In this document: in pieces, positions 1-14,888 of the stretch
Layout of the letters: each line of letters begins with the position of its first letter
How positions within the stretch are numbered: the first letter of the stretch is position 1
Origin: Eledone cirrhosa
Taxonomy: Eukaryota
DNA length: 64,000 nucleotides
Direction: 5' to 3'
Assembly: GCA_964016885.1 (NCBI GenBank)
Contig: OZ024742.1
Coordinates: 38,192,001 to 38,256,000 of the forward strand
Notes under the pieces: model-generated
Seen by the model: only the letters and a program-made list of their open reading frames with translations
The model's database searches: none
Told to the model about the DNA's origin: nothing
Program-made: the position numbers and the translations under genes

Positions 1-959
1 TCAAAATATTGAGCCTCACAGAGAAGATAACAAAAAAAAAAAAAAACAAGTAGAGGGGCAGTGCTAGTAAAAACACGTCTAACTCAGGTAAGCATAGAAA
101 ACTGATGTAATATGATGATGATAGCTATAAGGGAATCATCATCATCAACATTTAATGTCCATTTTCCCTGCTAGCAAGAGTTGGGCATATCACAGACCAG
201 TCAGTATTCAAACATATCCTCAGACCTCCAGGTGGGCCATGAACTTGTGCTCTACCAAGTGCATTTTATTGTGGCACTAACTAAGGAAGCTGTCATGTCT
301 TTGGCATAGTTTAAGAATCTTCTTGCTCTTTTGTTTGGCAGGTTTATTATATCTGGATGCCCCTCCTATCACCAATCCCCAACACTGGTAAGGTTGCCAC
401 ACCTGTCATGCAACTGAAGAATTCATCTGACTCTGTTTAGAAAGTTTTCTACAATTGGACGCCCTTGCTATCACCAACACTAACTGGATTGTTGTGCCTC
501 TGATATAACTAAAATGTCCTCAAGACACTTTGGGCATATTACATCGAGCTGCTCTGCCTATTGCTCACCACCTTACAGGGTGTACTGAGTGCATTTATCA
601 TGGCACTGGCACTTGACTGGTTGTCACGGATTAAACTGAAGAGTCTTTTCTACCCTATGAATGGAGGTAAGTAGGTGACAAGTGTGGAGAGATTTGATAA
701 GATGAAAGGTAATAGGTGGGAGAGGTGACCTCTAGCAGTGTAGGAAGTACTGTGGTGATAACAGCTACTAAGAGCCTATGACATGTGTCTGAGTATGGGG
801 TTATCTAGAATAGAGTGGATGTTGACTGTAGAGTGAATGTTAGACTTTAGGAGCAGTGGAGTTGGGTATGGGTGCAGTGATAGTGAGGAGGAATACATAG
901 ATGGGTCAGGTCAGGTAAAGTTTTAGGCTGGTAGATAGGTCTTCATCAGCACAGCATGT

Positions 960-1170
960 TACCATTCCTCACAGTCCAATGTTATTTCTGTTGTTAGGTT
1001 CAGCTTCTTAATGTCAGCCCACTCTACCTCATCCACTGTTTTTCTGAGTCTTATTCCATGAGTTCCACCCACTGAGATTCCTTTATATTGCTGTCATCTT
1101 CCATATGCATCACAAGTGCATACCAACGCAGTATTTTCTCTTGCTCACTACATCAAATTCCTCTTATGCC
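960..1170 (-). mobile_element. Highly degenerate RTE LINE 3' coding fragment
   Basis: Reverse complement resembles the RRLRWYGHVMRM...KCQEI..GRPRKTW C-terminus of the better RTE copies in this window, with many disablements. Confidence 0.5.
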
Positions 1171-2111
1171 TATGAAAACCTACTGATATAATTTCTTTTT
1201 TCAGCAGAGATCAGCAACATCCTTTTGTGATGGCCCTCATATATACATCTTATATACAAAAATTTGAAAAGGTCTGAGGCTCACACAGAAAACCTCAATG
1301 GCCCACAGTCATCATCATCACTGTTTTACATATACTTTCCATGCTTGCATGGGTTAGATTAGTGAGCCTAGACAGGTCAGAATACTGTCTTGCTCATATG
1401 TTTCATTTTGGCATCATTTCTATGGCAGAATGCCCTTCCTAATGCCAACCACTTCATGGCATGTAGAAAGTTCATTTCTCCATGGCACCACTACTACCAC
1501 CCGATAGTTGCTTAGATGCATTTTCCATGGTATCAGCACCACCACCACTTTACTATATATCTTACAAATAAAGATTTTAAAAGGTTTGAGGCCTTACAAA
1601 GAAAATTTATTTCCAATATATTACTGATTCTTAAAAATTATCATCATTATTTAATTTCTGTTCCCCCTAATACCAAGTGTTAGATGGGTCATCACAGACC
1701 AAATCAGTACTTCATTAACTGTAACTTTTCAGTCCTTAATGCTGACATTTCACTTTCATATAACATATTTCTAATATGAAGTGGCTACTTCTTTTATCAC
1801 AAACAGAATTTTTATCTGGTATATTTTAAATGTATCCTTACATAAACAAACATAGTTAATACAGGTCAGAGAACAATCACTAACTGTCCTTTATTGTTTC
1901 AATAAATTTATTTCATTTGTTAAAGAGCTGTAGTAAAAGTTCCAAAGCTGGAAAAATGGTGTAGAGTGAGTCAACATAAATATCAAAATACATAAAATCA
2001 GTGCCATGTGGGATGATCTTACTGAATATGTAAGGAAGTTGTTAGATACACAGTATTATGTAATAAGTACAAAGCAGGGGAAGCACAGTATATCATTTGA
2101 AATATTCGAAT

Positions 2112-2310
2112 ACCATCATTTAATTTTATGTCCGCTTTTCTCTGCTTGCAAGGGTAGGACGGGAACTGATTCTGGCTTGATTTCTACAGCTGGATGCCCT
2201 TCCTAACATCAACCTCATTTACAGTGAGTGCTGGGTGCTTTTTTTCCGTGGCACCTACACGTCCACTTTGCAGTGTGGGTTGGGTGCTTTTTTGCTGTGG
2301 CACCTCCATT
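2112..2310 (-). mobile_element. RTE 3'-UTR-derived short repeat (SINE-like RTE tail)
   Basis: Nearly identical to the 3' UTR of the RTE at 17641-17950 (ctgatctggcttgatttctacagctggatgcccttcctaacaccaacc). Related copies at about 1310-1550, 6720-7010, 11740-11995, 14280-14530, 37615-37800, 38300-38755, 39435-39760, 39950-40170, 61220-61570. Confidence 0.75.
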
Positions 2311-2604
2311 TGATGTAGCTTATTAATCGCCGGTAATATTTGAACATTTTATATATTCTCTGTGGATATTTGGAATGTGTCTTTAGTTTCTTAGGTAAAC
2401 TTTGGATTTGTGATCATGTATTTTTGTTGAGTATGGCCAAAGCAGATACAAGAAAGCTGAAGTAAAGCAGTTGGTGCAGTAGAGAAAAACTTGTACGGGA
2501 TGTGTCAGAAAAGTAACAGGACTTAGTGTGCTGTGTGAGCTATGAGTGGGGTAGAGATTGGTGGGTTGTGTGACTATGGGATGTACTATCCATGGTGTAT
2601 ATAA

Positions 2605-2660
2605 ATAATAATAATAATAATGAAAATTATTGTATAGTGCTCAGGTGCACTGCAACTCAT
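2605..2660 (-). mobile_element. Extreme 3' tip of the CR1-like LINE family
   Basis: (taa)n-tgaaaattattgtatagtgctcaggtgcactgcaactcat matches the 3' terminus of the CR1 copies at ~12920 and ~16530. Confidence 0.7.
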
Positions 2661-2679
2661 ATGTATGCATATAATAATA

Positions 2680-2956
2680 ATTGTTTCCACTTTTGACACA
2701 AGGCCATCAATTACCCAGTACATTACTACTACTTTATTTTATCGACCCCGTAAGGATGAAAGGCAAAGTTTACCTCGGCGGGATTTGAACTCAGGCCGTA
2801 AAGGGACGTAACTATGCTGGAAAGCATGGTGTCGACCCTCTACCGATACTGCCAATCCACCTGCATATATGTATATAATTGTTTCTACTTTAGGTACAAG
2901 GCCAGCAATTAACCAGTGCATTACTGATACTTTATTTTATCGACCCCGTAAGGATT
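2680..2956 (-). mobile_element. tRNA-derived SINE (Meta/MESC-like core), one full plus one partial copy
   Basis: Minus strand has B-box GAGTTCAAATCC followed by gaggt-aactttgcctttcatccttacggggtcgataaaataaagtaccagt and an (ATT)n tail. Family copies also at about 28180-28530, 41872-42020, 56846-57250, 59020-59125, 60470-60610, 62312-62500. Confidence 0.8.
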
Positions 2957-3714
2957 AATAATAATAATAAAAATTATTATTATTATTTATATATCAGCTC
3001 TTTGCAGCCATTGTATGTTTTTTCATGTACTTTTGTTAACAGCTCCCCAATTTTAAGCTGTTGGGCGATGGGCACAGAGCAATGAACTAACCTTAAGTTT
3101 CTGGTCCAGCTGGGAAAACTCCATCAGAAGCACTCGGAATGATGCAGCAAGTGTACAGAGATGAGACAATATCAGGCTCATGGATTTTTGAGTGGCACAA
3201 AAAGTGTAAGATGACCCTAGGAAGGCCTTCAACAAGCAAGACTGAGGCCAACGTTTAGCGTGTGAGGCAGGTGGTGCATGGTGATCGTTGACTGACTGTT
3301 CAACTGATCACAAGTAAGCTGGATGTGAACCACGACAGATTTGGGTATGTGGAAGATCTGCACGATGATGGTGCCAATGTTACTGAATGATGATCAGAAG
3401 GAGCAGGGCATGTAGGTGTATCAGGACATCCTTGTGTCTTTTAAAATGGAACCAGACTTGCTGGTGAGAGTCATCACCGATGATGAGTCATGGATCTTCG
3501 AGTACGATGTGTTTTCCGGACATGGAAGCCATCCAAGAAGGCCGTGACGACAGATCTGCTGAGAATCCTTCTACGAGTGCATGGAGGCATGGTGAGAAGG
3601 ATAGGAAAATGTATTAGACTCAGGGGGGATTATTTCAAAGGGGAAAACTTATAGTTTAGATTTGAAATATTTTTTTGCAACCTCAATCCTGTTTCTTTTC
3701 TGACCTACCGCGTA

Positions 3715-5057
3715 AAACTCTGAACTCCAAAGAAAAAAATGGTGTACATATGATAAAGAATTATGGGCAATGGTTTGGGCTGTTTGACATTTTCGGCCAC
3801 ACTTAGTAATGCACAAATATATAGTGGTTACAAACCTCAGGCTGCTACTCAATGCACAGAATCTTCAGCCTGGTAATGACCTCACTGGACGCCGAGAGAG
3901 ATTGTCAATTGAACTCAGCACTTATGACCTTGCAATGGAAATAAACATACAAATGTTGATGTACTCTCTAGAACACAGAGTAGCAAAACAGATGTTCATT
4001 TAGAATCTACAGCAGTGACTGATGATGATTCTGAAAATAGTAGTGACTTATTTTCCAAGGTCAGTACAGTGCAATGATGCCGATATTTGGAAGATTATAC
4101 AGTAGGAGAATCCATGGTTCAACAACTGGTGCTCATCTAGAATTTGATAAAATGTTTTCAATAACAAAACAAAGATTCTTTTGGTATACCATGAGACAAA
4201 TTGTAAAAATATGGTGTTCAATAATCTCAATGTGTGCAAAGGGAAAGTCCCCAAGTCCTAAACCTAGAGCTCCAATGGATATATTAGGGCCACTTCCAAC
4301 AACAGAAATGGGGAACAGGTATGTATTAGTGGTTTCCAATTTTTTTTTAAATGGCCAGAGGCTTTGCCTTGCCAGATTACTGAGCAGAAACCATTGTTGA
4401 AAAGCTTGATGAAATGTTTTGGTGTTCCAGAAAGAATACACGTAGATCAAGGTGTGGATTCTGACTCTCAATTAATACATACAATATGCAAGCTGCTGGA
4501 CATTGAAAAAAAAAAAAAAGGGACAACCCCTTACCATCCTAATCAGATGGACAAGTTGAACACCCGAATCATACTTTTTGCCAGATGTTAAAAATGTTTG
4601 TTAATGAAAACAGAAGGCCTGGGACGAGGTACTTCCCAAAATGTTATTGGCATATTGTTTAATTGAACATTCAGTCACAAAATTTAGTCCCCACTTCATT
4701 ATGACAGGGAGGGAAGTCAATTTACCTGTTGATGTAATGTTTGGGGTTTCACAAAGTAGATGTGAAAATATGCCAGATTATGTAGGCAAAATTTGCAAAG
4801 CCTGGAAAGAGGTTTTGAATTAGAGAGAATATTACTGCAACATACAGACACTAGAAAATCTGGTATGATAGGCGAGTAAATAGTCCAAAATATAAAGTTG
4901 GTGATTAAGTTCTATTGTATTTTTCAGCTGTGAAAAGGGTAAGGACAAGGAAATTACAGGTTTCATGGAAGGGTCTCTTTAAAGTGATCAAAGTTATAAA
5001 TGATGCACTATACAGAGTTCAACTTATTGGTGGACGATATAGGACAGTTGTTTATTT
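3715..5057 (+). mobile_element. Ty3/Gypsy LTR-retrotransposon pol relic (RNase H, integrase, GPY/F)
   Basis: Frame-broken motifs KELWAMVWAV*HFRPHL (RNase H), MDILGPLPTTEMGNRYVLVV, FGVPERIHVDQG, TTPYHPNQMD, SPHFIMTGREVNLPVDVMFG, KLQVSWKGLFKVIKVINDALYRV. No LTRs recognised. Confidence 0.85.
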
Positions 5058-5373
5058 TATCATCATCCTTTTACATCTGTTTTTCCATGCTTGCATAGGT
5101 TTGGCTCTTCTCCAGCACAGATTTCCCCCCCTTGTTGCATTCCTTTGTCATTTCTTCTGTGAGGTTCAGCATTCTGAGATCTCTCACACCTTCTGCTCAG
5201 GTATTCCTCAACTACAACTTCCTTCCACTAGAAACTACAATAAAACTATGTCAGCCTAGAAAAACAGATAGATCTTATTCCATATAAGTTTTCTTTATAA
5301 TTTTCTTCAGACACCAGTTGTCACACATCAAAATCACCAGTTTACATATTAACTTAGTCACCATCATATTTTA

Positions 5374-6542
<1,169 letters not shown>

Positions 6543-9149
6543 CTGAAATAAAAAGACAACATAAGACATAAGGAACAATGAAGTAATTTCTCTTTAAACA
6601 AATAACCATAATCTCTTGCTCACACATAAATATCTACTCTCTCTCTTCTATTCACCTCTGGTGCAACATCAAATGGTGAGTTTCTCCTTAGCTTCACAAG
6701 ATCCAAAACAAGTGATGGCACCACATTAAAATACACCCAATACATTTTGTAAAGCTAGTATCACTATAAAATGCATACTTTGCAAAGTGGTAATGTTGGT
6801 GGCAAGATACAATGTGGTAGAGTTAGTGCCACAATAAAATACATCCAGTACACCCTGTAAAGTCGTTGGTGGTAGGAAGGGTATCCAGTTGTAGAGACCT
6901 TGGAATATATGAACAAGAGCTGGTTCTTGAACAAGTCTTGTTTGTGACTGTGACAGCCTCTCCAACCTATGTCAGCATGGAAAAACGAACATGAAACGAT
7001 GGCGTTTAATGTCAACAGTGAATTCAACACACAATCTCACTATACCATTTATGGTGATTTTCTTTCACCCATGTTCACAATATCATCACTATTCTCGTGT
7101 CGTTCGTTTACCTAGTCAACCACTAACTTCTCTTAATTTAAATCAAATATTTTATTGGGATTTATTTTGTTTAACTCGAGGCGGAGTGGACTGACCCAAT
7201 GAACAAGTATGTAATGGATTAATTCGGGTGGCTGCTTCTCTATACAAATAATGCTACATGGCGGAGTCTTGACGCGACGAGTGTACGCCACCTTCTAAAT
7301 AAGTCTGTCCCAGGTGGAAGAATCTGCTCTAAATTGATGGGTTGCAGCATCAATTGTGGTTTTACATAGAATAAAATCCTACTCATGTATAACTGTCCAA
7401 GAACATCTGGACAAATATCTAATCTAATGTATGTATATAAATCAATGAAGAAATTGTGGATAATGAAAAACTACTTCGTTGAAGGGAACACGAAATAATA
7501 TGGAGCAAGAATAAATAACATGGATAAAAAAAATTACAAAAGAGGGAGTTGAAAGAATTAGAATAAAATAATATATATTTCTTGAAAACTAGATTAACTA
7601 CGGAGTTCGAACGTAGAGATAAACGAAAACAGGTTCTTGTAGGAATCTAAATATAAAAGAGATTTTTTCTATAAATGAAATATGTAAAATATATGAATGC
7701 TACTTACATAACAATGTAGTTAACAATAAGATGAATAATGAGAGATGTGCTGAAGTAGTGACACTTGAAATTGATGAAGACATTGATAGCTTGAGCAAAA
7801 CTTTCACTAGTTAATGAACAATTACAGGAATTAAAGAGTTATTACTAATACAGTGGAAATAAATATTAACAAATGATAATAGATTTATATTATTTGTAAA
7901 CAGAGTGTAGAGAACATACCGGAAGTAGTATTAATGGTCTAGAAAAAATGTATCTCTAATGATTAGAGAGTTTATGGTTAAATCCTATTTCGGGTTATAC
8001 AGTTTTTTGTGCTCATTTGTCCAGTCCTGTCCACCCTGTCTTATCTTCAAATATAGTATGTCTCTAAATAAATTTGATAACCTTTCATTTAAAGATCAGA
8101 AACATTTTTCGCGAGTGAAAATGATAATTTTTATTAACATAATTGTAATCTACTTTTTCGAAAATGTATCTGCAAAAAGCAAAGTCAGGTGAGGGCACTA
8201 AACTGTAATTATGTCGTCTTTGTATATACTATGGGTATGGTGTGGTGTGCGGTGGCCGGAGACTGGGGAGTGCTCGACCGGAAGAGCTTGACCGGAAGGG
8301 TGCTTGACCAGAAGGGCCAGCAGGTTTGCCTCTCTCTAAGGTGGTGGACGTCAGTTTTAGAGCTCCCGGTTAACGAGTTGGATTGTACGCACGTGGGAGA
8401 GGAGAAACCAGCCATTGGATTACCGGTGCCAGCAATAAGTGGTTAGTGAATTAGCTTTTCTAACCACACATACATACGTACATGTGTGTGCACTATTACA
8501 GTTTGAAGGATTTCCTATTATTCAATGTAACGTTTCTTGATCCTTAATCCCAGGTGAGTACTGATGTAGAAGGCATTTGATTCGAAGACATTCCAGCTGC
8601 GTGACCATGACGTAGTGTATCTCAAACTACAATGTCCTCAGTGCCCTCCTATGTTTCTGACAGTAGAGTGTAATTTGAGTAAGACAGTGTGTGAAAAGAA
8701 GGTAGTAACCATTAGCTCCATTGTATCTTTACCATCGATAATCTTTCAGTTACTATATGATGTCTTCATTTTAGGTCAGTTTTCCACATTAGCATGGGTT
8801 GGATGGATCATCACGGTCCAACACAAGGCATGATCTGATAATCACATCTTGCTCATATATTCAATATTTTGGCATGAATTTTACAGTCTGATGCCCGTTT
8901 TAATGCTAACGACTTTACATGGCATCAACAAATGAGAGTTGACATGCTTGACCAAACTGAAAAGTCTTCTCTACCCTATATTGTTTCAATCATCAACCAC
9001 TTTACAGTGTACTGGATGCTTTTAATCATGGCACCAGCTCTAGAACAAAGGGATCTCTCTACCATATGTCAACTTAGTTACTTTACCAGGGTTACTAAGT
9101 GCATTCCATCAGATTGTCCTGTCCACTGCAGGCTAAAAGGGATATTTCC

Positions 9150-10880
9150 ACATCATACAGTCTCCAATCTCTCATCATGTTTACCATTAGCATTGTCATG
9201 CTTGTAATGGAGGGTCTTCTCTTGCATGGCGAGTGACCAGTCATCACATTTTCTCTCATCTTCATGAGATTCAGTTTCTTGAGATCATTCTTCTCAACTT
9301 CGTCCCATGTTTTTCTTGGTTTCATTGTTCCACAGATTCCATTAACTTCAAGTACTCAGCATTTCTTTATAAAACTCTTGCTCTCCTTATACATTGCATG
9401 TGTATACCAGTGCAATCATTTCTCTTGCACACTACATTTAATTACTCTTATATTCAGCTTATCTCTTAGTTCATTCATGCTCCAGCATTCTTGTATGCTC
9501 ACATTTCACATTCAGTGGACATGCATGCTTCATTCTTTCCAATTGGTGTAACTCTTCTGCATTTATAGCCTATGTCTCACTACTATACAGCATAACAATT
9601 CAAAACACAAGCATCACTTTTGTTCTCAGCAGAGTAACAGCTCCCTGAACATCTTTCACCCTGTTCTCACTCTGGCTACAACACTTTAAGTACATCCACC
9701 TCCATTGCTAATGAGGTTACCTAGATAGCAAAAGATATTTACTATTTCTAGAGAACCTTCCAAGCATTTGAGGGAGTTTATTTTATAAGAAACCTTACTA
9801 TTGACTACACCTGTCACATGTGAAGCCTGCTTTCTCTTCCCGCTTACTTGTAATCTCACCATATCTCTTGTTCATCTATTGTATACACAGGCAAACTGTA
9901 TGGAGTTTCTATCTACTCCTTTCCTACATAGTGAACACAGCCATTTACCTGGTGGTATCTGGATCTTTCCTACTTACTAAAACTTTAGACTTTGTTAGGT
10001 TTACTGTGAGGTCCTTTGATTTCAGATTTTGTTTCCTTGTCTGGAACGTCTGTAATTCTTCTATGGTTTCTGCTATGAGTGCTAGTTCATCAACATACAG
10101 AAGCTCAGTCTTAAATTCCTGTTATGGCCAACAGGACTGTAATAAACAGAAAGAAGCTGAGGACTAATCTGTGGTGGACTTCCACATGCATGCTGAATTC
10201 AATGTTGCCCCTCACCTTGCTGACTGCATTTCTAAACATGGCCTATACAGCCCTCACAAACTATTGCTTTAAGCCTAGTTTCCTAGGTGACCACCAAATC
10301 ATAGAGCATGGGATTCTGTCAACAAATTTTCCAGGTTAATCAATGCTAAATATAGAGGCTTACTCATTACTAGGTATTCTCCTCCAGTTGTCTCACTAGG
10401 AAAATGGTATCAGTACTGACACAAAGCCAGATTGCAGCTCATCAACATTAATTTTATTCCTAATCAATTATGCAATTATTCTTTCTAGAACTTTCATAAC
10501 CTGATCCAACAATTTGATGCCTCTGAATTTCCTCTCTCCAGTGCATCTCTTTTGCCCTTATTGAAGTTGACAGTGATGCTGCTATACCAGTCATTGGATA
10601 TGACACCTTCCTGTGCTACCTGAATAACTATGTGACTAACTGACCTGTGCCATACTCTGGCCAAATAGTTAAATCATCTCAGCAGACAATTCTCAAAGGG
10701 CCAGCTACTTTCCCTATATTCATATCCTTAATCATTTTACCTACTATACCGCTATCAACTACCTGTGGCAGACATACACTCTATCCTGCATTCTCCTTAT
10801 TCAGCAACCTCTCGTAGGGACTCTTCCATGTATAGTTCTTTTCAGTGTCAATAATGGTGAGTGTGCGGCTGTAATTCTAC
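9150..10880 (-). mobile_element. Old, degenerate 5'-truncated RTE LINE
   Basis: Minus-strand remnants MKPRKTWDEVEKNDL, LYVDELALIAE, YLGNLIS and NFRGIKLLDQVMKV-like segments are collinear with the intact RTE at 17952-20436. Confidence 0.8.
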
Positions 10881-12911
10881 ACACATACGCATGCATGCAA
10901 AGTGAACTCCTTAACCACATAGGCATGCTTGCACATAGTTAGGTAGATAAATTTGTAAGATGACAAAGTATGAGGTATTGTGATAATGGTGGTAGAAAAA
11001 AGGGTATTTAATGTGAATAGCCAAGTAATAAGGGAAAGGCTGATAATATATGTGAAAATATTTCAATATCAAGTATCACAAAATTCACTGAATGCAGAAG
11101 GTTGTGTTCATTAATATGTGTATTAGACAACACAAACTCATGCATATACACAACTACATCTACCACTTATACAATGTGCAGTTGTATTTTTGTAATTCAA
11201 TTGTCTTTTTTTACCTATTTGACACCAAACCACCCCTAGTTCTACAATACAAATCCATTTATTTTAAAATGTTTATATTTATCTAAAAAAACTTTCCATA
11301 GTTTTATGTAAGAAATTTTAAGTTATGCTCCAAACATCTGTTTAATATGAAGAAAGTTGGTTATATTACTAAATTCTTCAAAATTTCTTGAACATTATAG
11401 GTAGTATTTTTCATTAGAAATAGCTTAATGAAAGGGTTAAAGGACTAGCTCATCAACACATACCAGCATCCAAAGTTTGGGCAAACCTTCTGCTTTCACT
11501 CACTCCTCCAATTCACCTTCCTCACCCAACCTATATCAATATGGAGAACATATCCCATAATATAATTCCAGATCTCTCATTCGCCTTAAGGCCACATCAT
11601 GACCTAATGCTTCCTCACCCATAGTGACCACCCGCTCCTCAGACAAGCAGCATATAGCCAGCCCCCACTCATTTTACTCCTTCCCTTCTCAGCAATGTCT
11701 CCCCAGCCTGATCAAGGATATAACAAGCATCCTAGTCTCATGAGGTTGTGCTGGTGCCACAATAAAATACCCACAGCCCACTCATGGTATTGCTGGTGCC
11801 ATGAAAAAAATACCCAGTCCACCCTGTAAAGTTTTGGTGATAGTCATGATAAAATGTTCCCAGCTGTAAAGTGGTTGACATTAGGAAGGGTATCCTAAGC
11901 CCAAAACGAACCATATGAGAAAGATATGATCACCTAACCAGTCTAACCTCAAACCCATGGAAGCATGAAAAATAGACATTAAATGGTGATGATGATACAT
12001 AGTAAATAGGTGCATAGATATAAAAGGGAGAGAGCTTTTGTTCCAAATTAAACTAATAAAGAATTATGAAAATATCCTTAATAAAAAAAAATTGAACTAA
12101 ATGCAGGCATGTCTAATATATATGTATGTGCATGTGTGTTATTGTAAGTGATCACTGATGTTGAGTAAGAACTCTGAAATACATGTTTAACAGGCCACGG
12201 AAAGATAGTCTGCTAACTGACCATAGTTGCGATTGAGCAAGAACTAAGAGAGTGACCACTGTCTGCTTTGCCTTTTATAGGGGAGGGTGGCATCACCCTG
12301 TGTTTGGTTGTTAGCAGGATTATTTTTTGTGCTAAAATTAGTTGAATATTAATATGCCAATACATACATTAAGAAAATAACAACTGTTTCAGAGGTGACA
12401 ATAAACTGGCTACGTACAATTTCATTACACATTAATATAACATTCTTACACAGGTATTGAAACAGCTGTGATGTGATCACAGCTTAAAAATTTCATTGCA
12501 AAAGTAAATGTATGTCTATAATACATAAACATATTGTATATGTGTCTATATATGTTTGTAATCCTATGTATGCAACAAAACAAAAAAAGAAGATGGTCAC
12601 AGCTTGGAATGCTTTTAATCATTTCAGCTGACCTGAGGTTAATTTGTATTAAGTTGCCACATCGAATTAATAATAGATCAATGCCATTATTGTAGGCAAG
12701 TGTACAGCTTCTGCCCCCAATAAGAATTTGAAGCTTAAACCAGTTAACTAGAGGAACTTCCACAGGAAACTTGTAGTAGTGACAGAATGAAGTTTTAGCT
12801 CAGCAATTCCCAACCTGGGGTCCACGGATCCTTGTGGCTCTAGTACTGGGGATCCATGAGCCAAGTTCAAATTTTCAAGTACATTGTTATACTAGGCAGC
12901 TCTTAACCACT

Positions 12912-13039
12912 ATAATAATAATAATAATAATGAAATTATTGTGTACAGTGCTCAGGTGCACTACAACTCATCAAAGGTGCATGTATAGTACATAGAATAA
13001 TGTACAAATGTCAGGAAAATGGACAGTGTATGAGTCATG

Positions 13040-13072
<33 letters not shown>

Positions 13073-14271
13073 AATATTGTGTACAGTGCCCAGGTGCACC
13101 ACAACTCATCAAAAAGTGCATGTACAGTACATAGGTCAATGCACAAACATCAGGAAGATGAACAGTGCATGAGTCATGATACACGTGTGCATGTGTATGG
13201 AAGGGGTACATCAGGTGTAGTTTTGGCGTATTTCGGGAAGCATGAGTGTCTTAAAGGATGCAGTGTCTCGGCAACTAACAACTGACGCAGGCAGTTTGTT
13301 CCATGCTTCAGCAACTCTGAGCGTGAAAAAATGTCTACGAAAGTCATGGGAGCTGTGCTGTTTTCTGATTTTGTAGGCATGTCCACGTGTGTTAGACACA
13401 TGGAGATCAAAAAGGTGCTTAGGGTTGCAATTGGCGAGGTGGTTAATAACTTTGTGGGTATTTACCAAGTCCATTGCCAGACGTCGGAGCTTCAATGAAT
13501 CCATGCCCAGGGAAGCAAGGCGTTCAGAGTATGGTAGGTGTCTGATGGAGGGTATGCGCTTGGATGCACGTCTCTGAACAGTTTCCAGGAGGTCAATGTT
13601 CTGAGCAAGATAGGGGTTCCAGACTGATGATACGAATTCCAAGTGTGGTCGTACCATAGCTGTATACAGTTTTAAATAGATGGCTGGAGAGCGGCTAACA
13701 AAGGTCTTGCTGAGTGATGCCAGGACACCCTCGGCCTTCTTGACAATCTTAGAGACATGCTTTGTCCAACGCAAATCGCTGCTGACAGTAATGCCCAGGT
13801 CACGTTCACAAGAGGACTTCTTGATATCAGTTGTGGAGGGAGTATGTGGACGCTGGATTTTTCCTCCCAAAATGCATGGTGGTACACTTGTCCACAGCCA
13901 GCTTCAGTTGCCAGTCTGTGATCCATTGCTGCATTGTGTCCAGGTCTGATTGTAGGAAAGAGTTGTAGATTTCAGGATCAGTCCTTTTGATTTCAAGGTA
14001 CAGCTTGATGTCATCTGCATATTTCAGTACCGTGGCATTCTGTAAGTTGGCATCTATGTCATTAATATATGCCACAAACAAAAGGGGACCAAGAACAGAT
14101 CCCTGTGGTTCACCAGATGACATCTCATATGGTGAAGAATGCTGTCCTAGAACCGTGACTACTTCTTTTCGGCTGAGAATGAAGGGTTTCAACCAGTCGA
14201 AAAGATCATCCCTCACACCCACTGCAGAGAGTTTTGCCATAAGTCTTTTGTGTGGCACAGAATTAAAAGCC
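12912..14271 (-). mobile_element. 5'-truncated CR1-like LINE (RT C-terminus plus duplicated 3' UTR)
   Basis: PQGSVLGPLLF, YADD, ERDLGI, LYTAMVRPHLE, RRHFFTLRV motifs; 2-bp frameshift near 13830; very similar to the copy at 16528-22847; (TAA)n tail. Confidence 0.95.
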
Positions 14272-14532
14272 CTATACATCCACCCACTCCTGTCCACGCC
14301 ACTCTTACACTGTAAACAAAAAGCACCCAGCCCACACTGTAAAGTGGTCATGTAGGAGTCACAACAAAAAAATTCCAGCACACACTGTAAATGTGGTTGG
14401 CGTTAGGAAGGGCATCCAGCCATAGAAACCTAGCCAGAAACAGTTCTATATGAGCAAGACACAGTCACCTGACCCAACTTGCCTCTAATGGAACAACTCA
14501 TCTAACACATGCTAGCATGGAAAATGGACATT

Positions 14533-14888
14533 CACTTTAGCATTCACATTATTCTATATATACTCATTCTGAGTTTGAATCCCGCCGAGGTTAACTTTGC
14601 CTTTCATCCTTACGGGGTCGATAAAATAAAGTACCAGTAATGCACTGGGTAATTGCTGGCCTTGTGCCAAAAAGTAGAAACAATTATTCTATATATACTG
14701 TTATATTTTCATGGTAAAGGCTTTACCTTGCATAATTATCTCACATAATATTGAATCTATGAGATTTTAAAAGTATTTATTTTGTGAACAATACTTTAAC
14801 ATCAGTATGAGTGACAAGTTATAGTCAGTTTCAACAGAAAGAGGTAGAGAATTCTTACCGGTTTTGGTCAGTTTGAACATTAAAGGGT
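14533..14888. mobile_element. TTAA-type MITE interrupted by a SINE (14565-14682) with a 17-bp TSD
   Basis: Same family as 25113-25320. The inserted SINE is flanked by the direct repeat attattctatatatact (14548-14564 and 14683-14699). Confidence 0.8.

Larger units (their letters stand above)
2496..3712 (+). mobile_element. Degenerate Tc1/mariner DNA transposon with TIRs and TA target duplication
   Basis: TA|cgggatgtgtcagaaaagtaacaggac at 2494 and atcctgtttcttttctgacctaccgcg|TA ending 3714 are imperfect inverted repeats. Internal remnants: LKFLVQLGK (~3093), RVITDDESWIFEYD (~3467-3508, mariner first-Asp motif), KCIRLRGDYFKG (~3607-3642). Interrupted by SINEs. Confidence 0.85.

Noticed and set aside
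2770-2865. tRNA-like A/B boxes
   Set aside because: Heads of SINEs; no complete cloverleaf, so no tRNA gene is called.
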